Made by a program: the position numbers and the translations under genes. A stretch of 64,000 nt of DNA from an uncultured Sphingobacteriaceae bacterium (GTDB taxonomy: Bacteria; Bacteroidota; Bacteroidia; Sphingobacteriales; Sphingobacteriaceae), in contig CAXSBZ010000002.1 of NCBI GenBank assembly GCA_964236465.1, positions 715 through 64,714 of the forward strand, in the 5' to 3' direction. The stretch's first letter is position 1. Each line of letters begins with the position of its first letter. The notes under the pieces were generated by a model, which worked only from the letters and a program-made list of their open reading frames with translations, was not told the origin of the DNA and did not search any database. Shown here in pieces: positions 46,493-56,295 of this stretch.

Positions 46493-48678
46493 CCTAATTC
46501 AGACATAAATTTGATGCGCATCAGTTGCAATTCTTCATGCGTGTAATCATCAGAACCTAATTCTTTCAAAGCAGCATCAATAGAATCTGCTTCTGCGGAA
46601 CGGAAATAATCAAAAACTTCTTCCTGCCGGTCTTCATCAATCACATCATCAATATAATAACTTAGATTGAGCTTGGTGCCTGAATTGACGATAGATTCGA
46701 TTTCGCGCAAAATATCTTCGTAAGACAAGCCTTTGGACGAAGCAATATCTTCCAGCGCAATATGCCGGTCTATATTTTGGATAATGGAAACTTTGATGGC
46801 AGATTTATTGGCGGCACTTTTGATCACCAAATCAACCGGGCGGTCAATGTCGTTTTCTTCCACATACTTTTTGATCATCTCGATAAAAGGCGCGCCAAAT
46901 TTTAAAGCTTTACCGGAACCAACGCCTGAAATCTGCTTCATTTCTTCCATATTGATCGGATAATGCAAACACATTTCTTCTAAAGATGGCTCGGAAAAAA
47001 TGACGAAAGGCGGCAGTTTTTTTTGCTTGGCAACTTTTTTGCACAAATCCTTTAGCATCTGCAAAAGCTGTGTATCCAAAACGCCGGAACCTTGCGGTGT
47101 GTCATCTTCCCCGTCATCATCCGTTGCGCCCATTGGCCGGTTCAAAACCCATTTCAGTTCGTAAGGGTCTGTCAGGTAAGCTTTTCCATCATCTGTCAAT
47201 CGCAGCAAACCATAATAATCAATGTCTTTTGCCAGGAAATTGTTGAGCAAAGCCTGGCGCATCAAAGATTTCCAAAGGTTTTCGCCTTCTTCGATGCCAG
47301 AACCAAATTCGGGCAGCAAATGATGTTCGTAATTATGGATTTGCGGATTATCAACACCCATTAAAACACTGATGATGTGAAAATCATCAAACTTTTCGCC
47401 CAATTTTACAATCAGGTTCAACGCTTTTTGCAGAGGTGCTTCTACACTAAAAAATTCTTTTTGTGCGCGGCAATTATCGCACATGTTATGGCAATCCTTG
47501 GAATCAAAGTTTTCGCCAAAATAATGCAGGATTTGCTTGCGCCTGCAAACTGCAGATTCTGCATAATCGATCACTTCTTTTAATATTTGTGTACCGATTT
47601 CACGTTCGGCAACTGGCTTGTCTTTCATAAACTTTTGCAGTTTATCAATGTCTTTTTCAGAATAAAAAGACAAGCAAATGCCCTCGCCGCCATCGCGGCC
47701 GGCACGGCCAGTTTCCTGATAGTAGCCTTCCATACTTTTCGGCACATCGTGGTGGATTACATAGCGCACATCCGGTTTGTCGATGCCCATTCCAAAAGCA
47801 ATCGTGGCTACGATCACATCCACATCTTCCATCAAAAATTTGTCCTGCGTATCAGCACGAACTTTCGGATCCAAACCAGCATGGTAAGGCAAAGCTTTTA
47901 TGCCGTTCAGGTTCAAAGCTTCGGCTACTTCTTCTACTTTTTTACGGCTGAGGCAATAGATGATACCGGATTTTCCTTGATGCTGCTTTACAAATCGAAC
48001 AATTTCTTTGATCACGTTTCGCTTGGCGCGCACTTCATAATACAAATTGGTACGGTTGAAAGATGATTTGTACAGCAGCGCATTGTTCATCTGCAAGTTT
48101 TTCTGAATATCCTGCTGAACCTTGGGTGTTGCCGTTGCTGTTAAAGCAATGATGGGGATATTATCACCAATGTTGCTAATCACTTGGCGGATTTTGCGGT
48201 ATTCCGGCCGAAAATCATGTCCCCATTCCGAGATGCAATGCGCTTCATCTACTGAAACAAAAGAAATCTTGATCAACTGCAAAAACTCAATATTTTCTTG
48301 TTTGGTCAAGGATTCCGGTGCCACGTAAAGCAACTTGGTTTTGCCGGAAACTACGTCTTCTTTTACCTTCGCAATTTCTGTTTTGTTGAGTGAGGAGTTG
48401 AGGAAATGCGCAATGCTATCTGTCCCCCCAAAAGCGCGCAGCTGGTCAACCTGGTTTTTCATTAGTGCGATCAGCGGGGAAATCACAATTGCTGTCCCTT
48501 CACTCATCAGCGCGGGCAACTGATAGCACATGGATTTGCCGCCACCGGTTGGCATAATTACAAACGTATCTTTGTCTGCCAGTATGTTTTCTATGATTAC
48601 TTCCTGATCGCCTTTGAAATTGTTAAAACCGAAAAAGTTTTGTAAATTATCAAACAGCGATTGCTTTGTCTCTGTCAT
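46486..48678 (-). CDS. recQ: ATP-dependent DNA helicase RecQ
   Basis: 730 aa. TGGGKS Walker A, DEAH box (VDEAHCISEWGHDFR), a zinc-binding Cys cluster (CRRK...CDNC) and a C-terminal HRDC. Confidence 0.95.
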   Translation of the reverse strand: MTETKQSLFDNLQNFFGFNNFKGDQEVIIENILADKDTFVIMPTGGGKSMCYQLPALMSEGTAIVISPLIALMKNQVDQLRAFGGTDSIAHFLNSSLNKTEIAKVKEDVVSGKTKLLYVAPESLTKQENIEFLQLIKISFVSVDEAHCISEWGHDFRPEYRKIRQVISNIGDNIPIIALTATATPKVQQDIQKNLQMNNALLYKSSFNRTNLYYEVRAKRNVIKEIVRFVKQHQGKSGIIYCLSRKKVEEVAEALNLNGIKALPYHAGLDPKVRADTQDKFLMEDVDVIVATIAFGMGIDKPDVRYVIHHDVPKSMEGYYQETGRAGRDGGEGICLSFYSEKDIDKLQKFMKDKPVAEREIGTQILKEVIDYAESAVCRRKQILHYFGENFDSKDCHNMCDNCRAQKEFFSVEAPLQKALNLIVKLGEKFDDFHIISVLMGVDNPQIHNYEHHLLPEFGSGIEEGENLWKSLMRQALLNNFLAKDIDYYGLLRLTDDGKAYLTDPYELKWVLNRPMGATDDDGEDDTPQGSGVLDTQLLQMLKDLCKKVAKQKKLPPFVIFSEPSLEEMCLHYPINMEEMKQISGVGSGKALKFGAPFIEMIKKYVEENDIDRPVDLVIKSAANKSAIKVSIIQNIDRHIALEDIASSKGLSYEDILREIESIVNSGTKLNLSYYIDDVIDEDRQEEVFDYFRSAEADSIDAALKELGSDDYTHEELQLMRIKFMSELGN

Positions 48679-48914
48679 TATCTCCTTTAATATTATTTAT
48701 TTATTAACTTTCAATTTAAAACAAATTAATTGAAAGAAAAATCGTATGCGAATTTAACTTTTTTGCCCGATAAAAACAGTACCCGGACAAAACTTCTACT
48801 TAAAAATAAGGAATAAATTTTTGATCTGCGTATGAAGGGTTTTGAATAAAACATTTGTAATTAATATATTTTTCACATCTTCACCTCATAAATATTGATC
48901 GTAACTAAACTAAT

Positions 48915-50000
48915 ATGAATAAGAATTATTATGCCATTATCATGGCAGGAGGCATCGGCAGCCGTTTCTGGCCCATCAGCAGGACTTCTTATCCCAAACA
49001 ATTTATCGATATTTTAGGAACTGGTAAAACACTGATCCAAAGCACTTACGACCGGTTTTTGAAGATTTGCCCGAAGGAAAATATTTATGTGGTAACCAAC
49101 GATATTTATATTGAACTGGTAAAAACACAGTTGCCAAACATGGAATACAGCCAAATTTTGGGCGAACCCGTGATGCGGAATACGGCACCCTGCGTGGCTT
49201 ACGGCTGTTTCAAAATTATGAACGGAAATGCAGATGCGGTCATTACCGTTGCACCTTCCGATCATTTAATTTTGGACGAGGCCAGTTTTATAAGCACCAT
49301 CAACCAATCTTTAGAAACGGCGCAGGCACATCAATGCCTGATCACGCTGGGCATCAAACCATCACGGCCGGATACAGGTTATGGCTACATCCAATATACT
49401 GAGGATGTGATTGATAACTCTTTTTACAAGGTAAAAACCTTTACCGAAAAACCAACTTTTGAAATTGCCGCAACCTTTATCCAAAGCGGAGATTTTTTGT
49501 GGAATGCCGGAATTTTTGTGTGGACAGCCAAATCTATCAATCAGGCTTACAAACAATACCTGCCGGAAATGCACGAGATTTTTGAAGAAGCTAACTCTGT
49601 TTATAATACTGATGCCGAAAAAGCTTATGTTTCGCAAGTTTACCAGCAATGCACCAACATTTCGATCGATTACGGTATTATGGAAAAAGCCGATAATGTT
49701 TATGTGATCCCGTCGGAATTTGGCTGGTCTGATCTGGGCACCTGGGCTTCCATTTATCAACTGGCAGAAAAAGACAGCGAAGGCAATGCCGCTATCCCAT
49801 CAGATAAGGTAATCCTTTATGAATCAAATAATTGCATGGTCAATGTGCCGGAAGAAAAGCTGGTTATTATCCAGGGTTTGAATGATTATATTGTGGTTGA
49901 AGCCAATAATACTTTGCTGATTTGCCCCCGCAGCCAGGAACAAAACGTGAAAAAAGTGGTGGCGGATGTGAAGCAAAAATTCGGGACGGTTTATATTTAG
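48915..50000 (+). CDS. mannose-1-phosphate guanylyltransferase
   Basis: 361 aa. The MAGGIGSRFWPISR nucleotidyltransferase motif and overall blocks are typical of GDP-mannose pyrophosphorylase. Confidence 0.8.
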   Translation: MNKNYYAIIMAGGIGSRFWPISRTSYPKQFIDILGTGKTLIQSTYDRFLKICPKENIYVVTNDIYIELVKTQLPNMEYSQILGEPVMRNTAPCVAYGCFKIMNGNADAVITVAPSDHLILDEASFISTINQSLETAQAHQCLITLGIKPSRPDTGYGYIQYTEDVIDNSFYKVKTFTEKPTFEIAATFIQSGDFLWNAGIFVWTAKSINQAYKQYLPEMHEIFEEANSVYNTDAEKAYVSQVYQQCTNISIDYGIMEKADNVYVIPSEFGWSDLGTWASIYQLAEKDSEGNAAIPSDKVILYESNNCMVNVPEEKLVIIQGLNDYIVVEANNTLLICPRSQEQNVKKVVADVKQKFGTVYI

Positions 50001-50044
50001 GAAGGCTTTTAGCGATCAGCTGTCAGCTCAAACCTATCGCTTAC

Positions 50045-50091
50045 GTTTTAGGGTGATAAAAGAAGCATCAGCTGATACTTCTTTTATCAGC
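50045..50091. repeat. palindromic doublet of the family-1 repeat centred on CAGCTG
   Basis: GATAAAAGAAGCATCAGCTGATACTTCTTTTATC, preceded by GTTTTAGGGT (tail of the 24-nt form). Lies between convergent genes. Confidence 0.85.
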
Positions 50092-50138
50092 TCTTTTTTT
50101 TCGGTTGCATTCTATTGCCGAAAACTGATTGTTAACAG

Positions 50139-50909
50139 CTATGAACTAACAGCTATTCGCTGCCGGATCGCTTCGTACAAAATCACACCGGTAGAAACCG
50201 AAACGTTCAGCGATTCTATCTTTCCAAACATTGGGATTTTAGCCAGATGATCAGCAATCCGGATCAGTTCATTTCCAATTCCGTCTTCTTCCGAACCCAT
50301 AATGATAGCTGTCGGAACGGTATAATCCGGTTTGTAAATGTCTTCCGAAGTTTTTTCGGTACAGCAAACCAGCTGCAAACCAGAAGCTTGCAAAAACTGC
50401 ACGGTTTGCAACAGGTTTTGATGCCGGCAAACCGGAATTTGATAAAGCGCGCCAGCAGAAGTTTTGATCGCATCCGCATTGATTTGTGCAGAACCTTTTG
50501 CCGGGATCACAATAGCTTGTACGCCAGCACATTCGGCCGTCCGCGCAATGGCACCCATATTGCGCACATCGGTAATGCTGTCCAGCACCAAAATCAACGG
50601 CACTTGTCCCCTTTCGTAAATCTGCGGAATCAAATCTTCAATTTTTTGATAAGTAATTTCAGAAATTACAGCGATAATCCCCTGGTGGTTTTTAGTTGTG
50701 ATCCGGTTTAGTTTTTCTACCGGAACCTGCTGCGGTGTAATCTGATATTCGTTTAAAACAGTTTTTAATTCATGGAATAATTCTCCGCCCAAACCACGCT
50801 GCATATATAATGCTTCGATTTCTTTCCCGGAACGGATCGCTTCCATTACGGCACGAATCCCAAAAACCATCTGGCTGCTTTCCTTTTTAAATTGCGGACG
50901 GTACATCAT
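50139..50909 (-). CDS. rlmB: TrmH/SpoU-family 23S rRNA (guanosine-2'-O)-methyltransferase RlmB-like
   Basis: 256 aa with an N-terminal SpoU substrate-binding region and C-terminal SPOUT motifs (LDSITDVRNMGAIARTA, IIMGSEEDGI, IPMFGKIESLNVSV). Confidence 0.8.
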   Translation of the reverse strand: MMYRPQFKKESSQMVFGIRAVMEAIRSGKEIEALYMQRGLGGELFHELKTVLNEYQITPQQVPVEKLNRITTKNHQGIIAVISEITYQKIEDLIPQIYERGQVPLILVLDSITDVRNMGAIARTAECAGVQAIVIPAKGSAQINADAIKTSAGALYQIPVCRHQNLLQTVQFLQASGLQLVCCTEKTSEDIYKPDYTVPTAIIMGSEEDGIGNELIRIADHLAKIPMFGKIESLNVSVSTGVILYEAIRQRIAVSS

Positions 50910-50968
50910 TTTTTTATTTGGCTGCGAAAGTAATGATAAATTAAGCCACCTGCTGGTTGCAAATCCGC

Positions 50969-50991
50969 AATGCTTCTTTTATCAACCTAAA
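50969..50991 (+). repeat. family-1 repeat ATGCTTCTTTTATCAACCTAAAT
   Basis: Exact 14-mer core. Its 3' end abuts the first DnaA box at 50991. Confidence 0.9.
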
Positions 50992-51170
50992 TTATCCACA
51001 TTCAAAAACGTTATCCACACAATTGTAAGTAGTTGATCTTCAAGTAACAATATTAATTACTAACAGGTTATCAACAGAGATTGTGGAGAAACGGACTAAT
51101 AAAAATCAAGTTGAAATTATAACCAACTCAAAATCAGTATCAGTAGGAATTGTTAAACAGAATGTGGACT
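50991..51170. promoter_or_regulatory. cluster of DnaA-box-like 9-mers upstream of dnaB
   Basis: Perfect TTATCCACA at 50991-50999 and 51010-51018. TTATCAACA at 51067-51075 has 1 mismatch. TGTGGAGAA at 51081-51089 (reverse complement TTCTCCACA) has 1 mismatch. TGTGGACTA at 51162-51170 has 2 mismatches. Confidence 0.5.
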
Positions 51171-51213
51171 ACCAAAAAATGCAAAGCGCTCAAATTTGCT
51201 TAATTTTGATGTT

Positions 51214-52776
51214 ATGAGTTCAGAAGACGAAAATATTTCAGGCAAAAGCACTTACAATCAAGACCGGCGTAGCAAATTTACCAATCCGACTTTGGGCGGA
51301 AATTTGGGTAAATTACAACCGCAGGCCACCGATTTGGAGGAAGCGGTTTTGGGTGCGCTGATGCTGGAAAAAGATGCTTTGTCTTCTGTGATCGATATTT
51401 TGAAACCGGAAGTTTTTTATCGCGACAGCCACCAAAAGATTTTTATGGCGATAAAAACACTATTTGAAAAAACTTCGCCGGTTGATATTCTGACCGTTAC
51501 GGCACAGCTTCGGCAGCAAGGCGATCTGGAAATGATTGGAGGTGCGTATTATATCACCGAACTAACAAACCGTGTGGCTTCGGCAGCGAATATTGAGTTC
51601 CATTCGCGGATCATTATCCAAAAATTTTTACAGCGGGAACTGATCCGTATTTCTACCGAGGTGATCTCCCAAGCTTATGAAGATACGACCGATGTTTTGG
51701 ATCTTTTAGATAAAGCTGAAAAAAACCTGTTCGATATTGCCCAAAACAACCTCCGCAGAGATTCGCGCAAAATGGACGACCTGATGCACGAAACGCTGAA
51801 GGAAATGGAGCTTTTGAAAAATAAAAAAGATGGCTTGACAGGCGTTGCTTCCGGTTTCACAGATTTGGACCGGATGACTTCCGGCTGGCAAAAATCTGAT
51901 TTGGTGATTATTGCTGCGCGGCCGGCAATGGGGAAAACCGCTTTTGTGTTGAGCTGCGCGCGCAATGCAGCGGTTGATTTTAACCGTCCGGTGGTGGTGT
52001 TTTCTTTGGAGATGTCGTCGATTCAATTGGTTAATCGTTTGGTTTCGGGTGAGACGCATATCGAACAGGAAAAAATCAGAAAAGGCAATTTGGAAGATTG
52101 GGAATGGCAGCAAATCCACTCTAAAATTGGCCGTTTGGAGCAGGCACCGTTGATTATTGATGATACGCCGGCCCTGAATATTTTTGAATTCAGGGCAAAA
52201 TGCAGAAGACTGAAATCACAGCATGATATTCAATTGATCATTATCGATTATTTACAATTGATGCAGGGAAAAGGCGAAGGCAAAGGCGGCGGCAACCGTG
52301 AGCAGGAAATTGGTAGTATTTCTCGGGCATTAAAATCTGTTGCCAAAGAGCTGAATGTTCCGGTGATTGCATTATCGCAATTGAGCCGTGCGGTAGAGAA
52401 CCGTCCCGGCGGATCAAAACGGCCGATGCTGTCGGATTTGCGAGAATCCGGTTCGATTGAGCAGGATGCGGATATGGTTTTGTTTTTATATCGGCCTGAA
52501 TATTACGGACTGGAGTTCGATGAAGATAATAACCCAACGCAAGGTGTGGGCGAAATCATCATCGCCAAGCACCGGAATGGTGAAACGGGAAGAGTCAGGT
52601 TGAAATTTGTAGGAAAATATGTGAAGTTTACGGATTTGGATGATAATTCAAGCGATTTTGCGCCAAGTGCTTCTGCCGGTTTAACGCCTTCCAAAGAGTT
52701 TGAAAAACCGAATAACTTCATCATAAAGCCTTCCCGGATGAATGATCAGGATTCGGAAGATGAAGTTCCCTTTTAG
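51214..52776 (+). CDS. dnaB: replicative DNA helicase
   Basis: ATG at 51214 (the ORF-track start at 51196 is TTG). PQATDLEEAVLGALM N-terminal domain, Walker A ARPAMGKTAF, Walker B IIDYLQLM and RESGSIEQDAD. Confidence 0.95.
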   Translation: MSSEDENISGKSTYNQDRRSKFTNPTLGGNLGKLQPQATDLEEAVLGALMLEKDALSSVIDILKPEVFYRDSHQKIFMAIKTLFEKTSPVDILTVTAQLRQQGDLEMIGGAYYITELTNRVASAANIEFHSRIIIQKFLQRELIRISTEVISQAYEDTTDVLDLLDKAEKNLFDIAQNNLRRDSRKMDDLMHETLKEMELLKNKKDGLTGVASGFTDLDRMTSGWQKSDLVIIAARPAMGKTAFVLSCARNAAVDFNRPVVVFSLEMSSIQLVNRLVSGETHIEQEKIRKGNLEDWEWQQIHSKIGRLEQAPLIIDDTPALNIFEFRAKCRRLKSQHDIQLIIIDYLQLMQGKGEGKGGGNREQEIGSISRALKSVAKELNVPVIALSQLSRAVENRPGGSKRPMLSDLRESGSIEQDADMVLFLYRPEYYGLEFDEDNNPTQGVGEIIIAKHRNGETGRVRLKFVGKYVKFTDLDDNSSDFAPSASAGLTPSKEFEKPNNFIIKPSRMNDQDSEDEVPF

Positions 52777-52812
52777 TTAGAAGTTGTTTAAATTTTATTC
52801 AGGATTTTTTCG

Positions 52813-52836
52813 ATGCTTCTTTTATCGACCTAAAAT
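52813..52836 (+). repeat. family-1 repeat, consensus form ATGCTTCTTTTATCGACCTAAAAT
   Basis: Exact core plus tail. A reverse copy lies at 52886-52909. Confidence 0.9.
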
Positions 52837-52939
52837 CTGAAAGTTTATTGTCCTTTTTCTTTAATTGTATTGATTACAAAATCAAGATTTACAGGCATAA
52901 AAGAAGCATCCTATTTTCTAAACAAAATTGAACAGACGC

Positions 52940-54139
52940 TTAGAAAACCACGCTCAGCAAAACGCCCAGCAAAATTACAAATGGTGTTTTTATCGGGGTA
53001 AAATTGAGCAACAAAAAAGTGCCGAACATCAAGCCAAGACTTTTATAATCAGCCAAAAAAGGTTCTGCCAGAAACAAAAATGCGGCAACCATAAAGCCAA
53101 CCGCAACGGCATTTATCCCGCTCAAAGAATTGCGGATGCGGCTGATTTTTTTAAGATCGTCCCAAAACGGTACGATGAACAAAATCAAAATCAGGCCCGG
53201 CAGATTGATGCCCAACATCGAAATAAAACTTCCCCAGATTTGTCCGCTGATGCCGTAACCACGGTTAGCCAGCGTTAAGCCGCCGATAAAAGAAGTAAAA
53301 GCAAATGTTGGCCCCGGCAAAATCTGCTGCAAAGCGTAGCCCGACAAAAATTCGGAATTGCTGAGGTAATGTTTCATCTCCACAAACTCGGTAAACATCA
53401 GCGGGACCAAAACCTGGCCGCCGCCAAAAATCAAAATCCCGTTACGATAAAAATTTTCAAACAAACGAACCGGCAAACTAAAGGGAGAAGTTTGGTTAAT
53501 GATCGCGCCCAAAGCAGCAAAAAACAACAGGATGCCAATAAAATAAGTTACTTTCCGCTGGTTGATATTGGCGAAAAGTTTTACGCGGAGTGCATCTTCC
53601 TCAGCTTTGGCTTCAAAAGCGGAAGTAATGATGCCGCCCATCATGATTAAAATCGGGAAAGCATACGCACTGCGCAAAATCAATGTAGCTGCCATGGCTG
53701 ATAATCCCAGCAGAAAACATAGTTCAGAATTTAAAAACTTTCGCCCAAAACTATAAGCCGCATAAGCTACTACGCCAACCGTAACCGGCTGCACGTAGCG
53801 GAAAGCGTGGGTAAACATGCCTTTTTCAACAAACATTTTATAGGAGATGGCAGCGATGCACATCATCATTGCTGATGGAATTACCCAAATGAAAAAGGTA
53901 ATCAAGGCCAAACCTAAACCGCCTGTTTTCCAGGCAATTCCAACTAAAGTTTGCGTGGATGACGGACCAGGAAGCACTTGCGAAAGCGCGTTCAGCTCCA
54001 TCAGTTCTTCTTCGGAAATGTAACGCCGCTTTTCTACAAATTCCCGTAATAAATAAGCCAAATGCGCTTGCGGGCCGCCAAAAGCAGTCAACGTGTAGAA
54101 AAACACATCGCGCAAAAACAAAATATGTCGCTTATTCAA
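52940..54139 (-). CDS. chrA: chromate transporter (CHR family, two-domain)
   Basis: 399 aa and polytopic. It has two CHR-type halves (FGGPQAHLAY..., LIFGGGQVLVPLM...). Confidence 0.8.
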   Translation of the reverse strand: MNKRHILFLRDVFFYTLTAFGGPQAHLAYLLREFVEKRRYISEEELMELNALSQVLPGPSSTQTLVGIAWKTGGLGLALITFFIWVIPSAMMMCIAAISYKMFVEKGMFTHAFRYVQPVTVGVVAYAAYSFGRKFLNSELCFLLGLSAMAATLILRSAYAFPILIMMGGIITSAFEAKAEEDALRVKLFANINQRKVTYFIGILLFFAALGAIINQTSPFSLPVRLFENFYRNGILIFGGGQVLVPLMFTEFVEMKHYLSNSEFLSGYALQQILPGPTFAFTSFIGGLTLANRGYGISGQIWGSFISMLGINLPGLILILFIVPFWDDLKKISRIRNSLSGINAVAVGFMVAAFLFLAEPFLADYKSLGLMFGTFLLLNFTPIKTPFVILLGVLLSVVF

Positions 54140-54151
54140 AACGGCTGTTTT

Positions 54152-54493
54152 TTAGTCATCTTCGTATTCGTCTTTCCAGCCGGTAAGTTCTTGATGCACA
54201 GCCTGCAACTCAGAAAAAGCATGGTTATCATTGGCTTGGCGGGCAACGGCCATCCCTTTTTCATAGGTAAAAACAGCATCGGGTTTTCGGTTCAAAGCCT
54301 CGTACAATTTCCCCAAATGGTAATAGGTGCCCACATAAGCCGGATGATTATTCACCAGATCTTCATAAAACTGCAAAGCTTTTGCTGTGTCATTCAAACG
54401 GAGATATTCAGTAGCGAGCGCATATTTGAGAAATTCATCTCCCGGCTCATCATTAAAAAACGCTAAAAGCTTGTCCAATCGGGTTTGCTGCAT
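54152..54493 (-). CDS. tetratricopeptide repeat protein
   Basis: 113 aa with two or three TPR-like helical hairpins (ALQFYEDLV..HPAYVGTYYHLGKLYEAL). Confidence 0.65.
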   Translation of the reverse strand: MQQTRLDKLLAFFNDEPGDEFLKYALATEYLRLNDTAKALQFYEDLVNNHPAYVGTYYHLGKLYEALNRKPDAVFTYEKGMAVARQANDNHAFSELQAVHQELTGWKDEYEDD

Positions 54494-54537
54494 CTTAAAC
54501 AGGGTAATTTTTTTAATTTTGCAAAAATAATACTTAT

Positions 54538-55263
54538 ATGAACGTCCTGGTTTGCATCAGCGTGGTGCCAGACACTACGGCAAAAATAACTTTTACGGCT
54601 AATAACACGCAATTTAATACAAATGGTGTACAATTTATCCTGAACCCATATGATGAAATTGCGCTTTCGCGGGCGATAGATTTGGGTGGAAAAGTTACGG
54701 TTATCCATGTTGGTGCGGCTGGTTCCGAAGCTGTGATCCGAAAAACACTGGCGATTGGTGCAACGGACGCGCTTCGGATCAATGCCGAACCGACAGACGC
54801 TTATTTTGTGGCCTATCAAATTGCGGAATACGTGAAATCAAATCCCTTTGATCTGATTTTGATGGGCATGGAATCCATTGATTACAACGGTGCAAAAGTA
54901 GCGGCGATGCTGGGCGAGTTTTTAAATCTGCCTTCGGTTTCGGTAGCGAAAAAAATTGATATTGATGGAAATATAATTTTAGTCGAACGGGAAATTGAAG
55001 GTGGAAAAGAAGTATTAAGCATTCCGATGCCAGCCATCATCGGCACGGCAGAAGGTGTGGCCGAATGGAAAATACCAAATATGCGCGGAACGATGGCTGC
55101 CCGGACGAAACCGATACAGGTTTTGGAAGCAGTTTTGGTTGATCCGTTTGCCAGAATAATCAGTTTTGAAACACCGGAACCACGCGGAAAAGTGAAATTG
55201 ATTTCCGCAGAAAACACAGCTGATTTGGTAGCAAATTTGCACGAAGAAGCCCGGGTTATTTAA
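54538..55263 (+). CDS. etfB: electron transfer flavoprotein subunit beta
   Basis: 241 aa with MNVLVCISVVPDTT, NPYDEIALSRA and a typical EtfB layout, directly upstream of etfA. Confidence 0.9.
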   Translation: MNVLVCISVVPDTTAKITFTANNTQFNTNGVQFILNPYDEIALSRAIDLGGKVTVIHVGAAGSEAVIRKTLAIGATDALRINAEPTDAYFVAYQIAEYVKSNPFDLILMGMESIDYNGAKVAAMLGEFLNLPSVSVAKKIDIDGNIILVEREIEGGKEVLSIPMPAIIGTAEGVAEWKIPNMRGTMAARTKPIQVLEAVLVDPFARIISFETPEPRGKVKLISAENTADLVANLHEEARVI

Positions 55264-55291
55264 AAATCTTAAAATTAGCAATACTGTTTTT

Positions 55292-56272
55292 ATGCCTGTT
55301 TTAATTTATGCGGAAAATACGAAAGGCCGGTTTAAAAAAGCCGTGTTGGAAACTGTTTGTTATGCCAAAGCGGTTGCAGATCAACTCAATACAACCGTGA
55401 TTGCTTTATCGATTGGTGAGGTTTTGCAGGAGGAACTGAAGAAGCTCGGAAATTATGGCATAAAAAGAGTATTGAACGTTTCCGGTCAGCAAAAAACTTT
55501 GATCAATCAGGCTTACGCTTCGATTATTGCTGAGGTTGCTGAAAAGGAAAATACAGATGTGGTTATCCTTTCCAACTCCTTGTCTGGCAGAGGTTTAGTT
55601 GCACGGATTGCTGTAAAGCTGCAAGCCGGACTGGCGGATGGTGCGACAGATCTGCCGGAAACAGCAAATGGAAAATTCATCATCAAAAAAACCGCTTTTT
55701 CGGGTCGAGTCGCCGCTGTGGTGGAACTGACTTCAGTCAAAAAAGTGATTTCCCTCAACTCAAATGTTTTCAAACTCATTGAAAATAAAGCAGTTGTCGA
55801 GGTGGAAGATTTTATGCCGATAAAAGAAGCATCAAATTTTAACATCTTGGTGAAAGATATTTTACAGTCAACCGAAAAAGTTTCTTTACCGGATGCTGAA
55901 ATTATTGTCTCGGCAGGAAAAGGTTTAAAAGGGCCGGAAAACTGGAAAATGGTGGAAGATCTGGCCGAGGCATTGGATGCAGCAGTTGCCTGCACCAAAC
56001 CGGTTTCCGATGCCGGCTGGCGGCCGCACGAGGAGCATGTTGGGCAAACCGGAATTTCTGTGAGCCCGAATTTGTATATCGCTATTGGTATTTCGGGTGC
56101 CATCCAGCATTTGGCCGGTGTGAGTGCTTCAAAAGTGATCGTAGTGATCAACAAAGATCCGGAAGCACCGTTTTTCAAAGTGGCCGATTACGGTATTGTA
56201 GGCGATGCGTTTGAGATCGTACCAAAATTAACAGAAGCTATAAAAAATTATAAAGCACTGGCTTTAAGCTAA
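55292..56272 (+). CDS. etfA: electron transfer flavoprotein subunit alpha
   Basis: 326 aa. The C-terminal FAD-binding block is VGQTGISVSPNLYIAIGISGAIQHLAG. Confidence 0.9.
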   Translation: MPVLIYAENTKGRFKKAVLETVCYAKAVADQLNTTVIALSIGEVLQEELKKLGNYGIKRVLNVSGQQKTLINQAYASIIAEVAEKENTDVVILSNSLSGRGLVARIAVKLQAGLADGATDLPETANGKFIIKKTAFSGRVAAVVELTSVKKVISLNSNVFKLIENKAVVEVEDFMPIKEASNFNILVKDILQSTEKVSLPDAEIIVSAGKGLKGPENWKMVEDLAEALDAAVACTKPVSDAGWRPHEEHVGQTGISVSPNLYIAIGISGAIQHLAGVSASKVIVVINKDPEAPFFKVADYGIVGDAFEIVPKLTEAIKNYKALALS

Positions 56273-56295
56273 TTAGAATTGTGATGGGCAATAAC

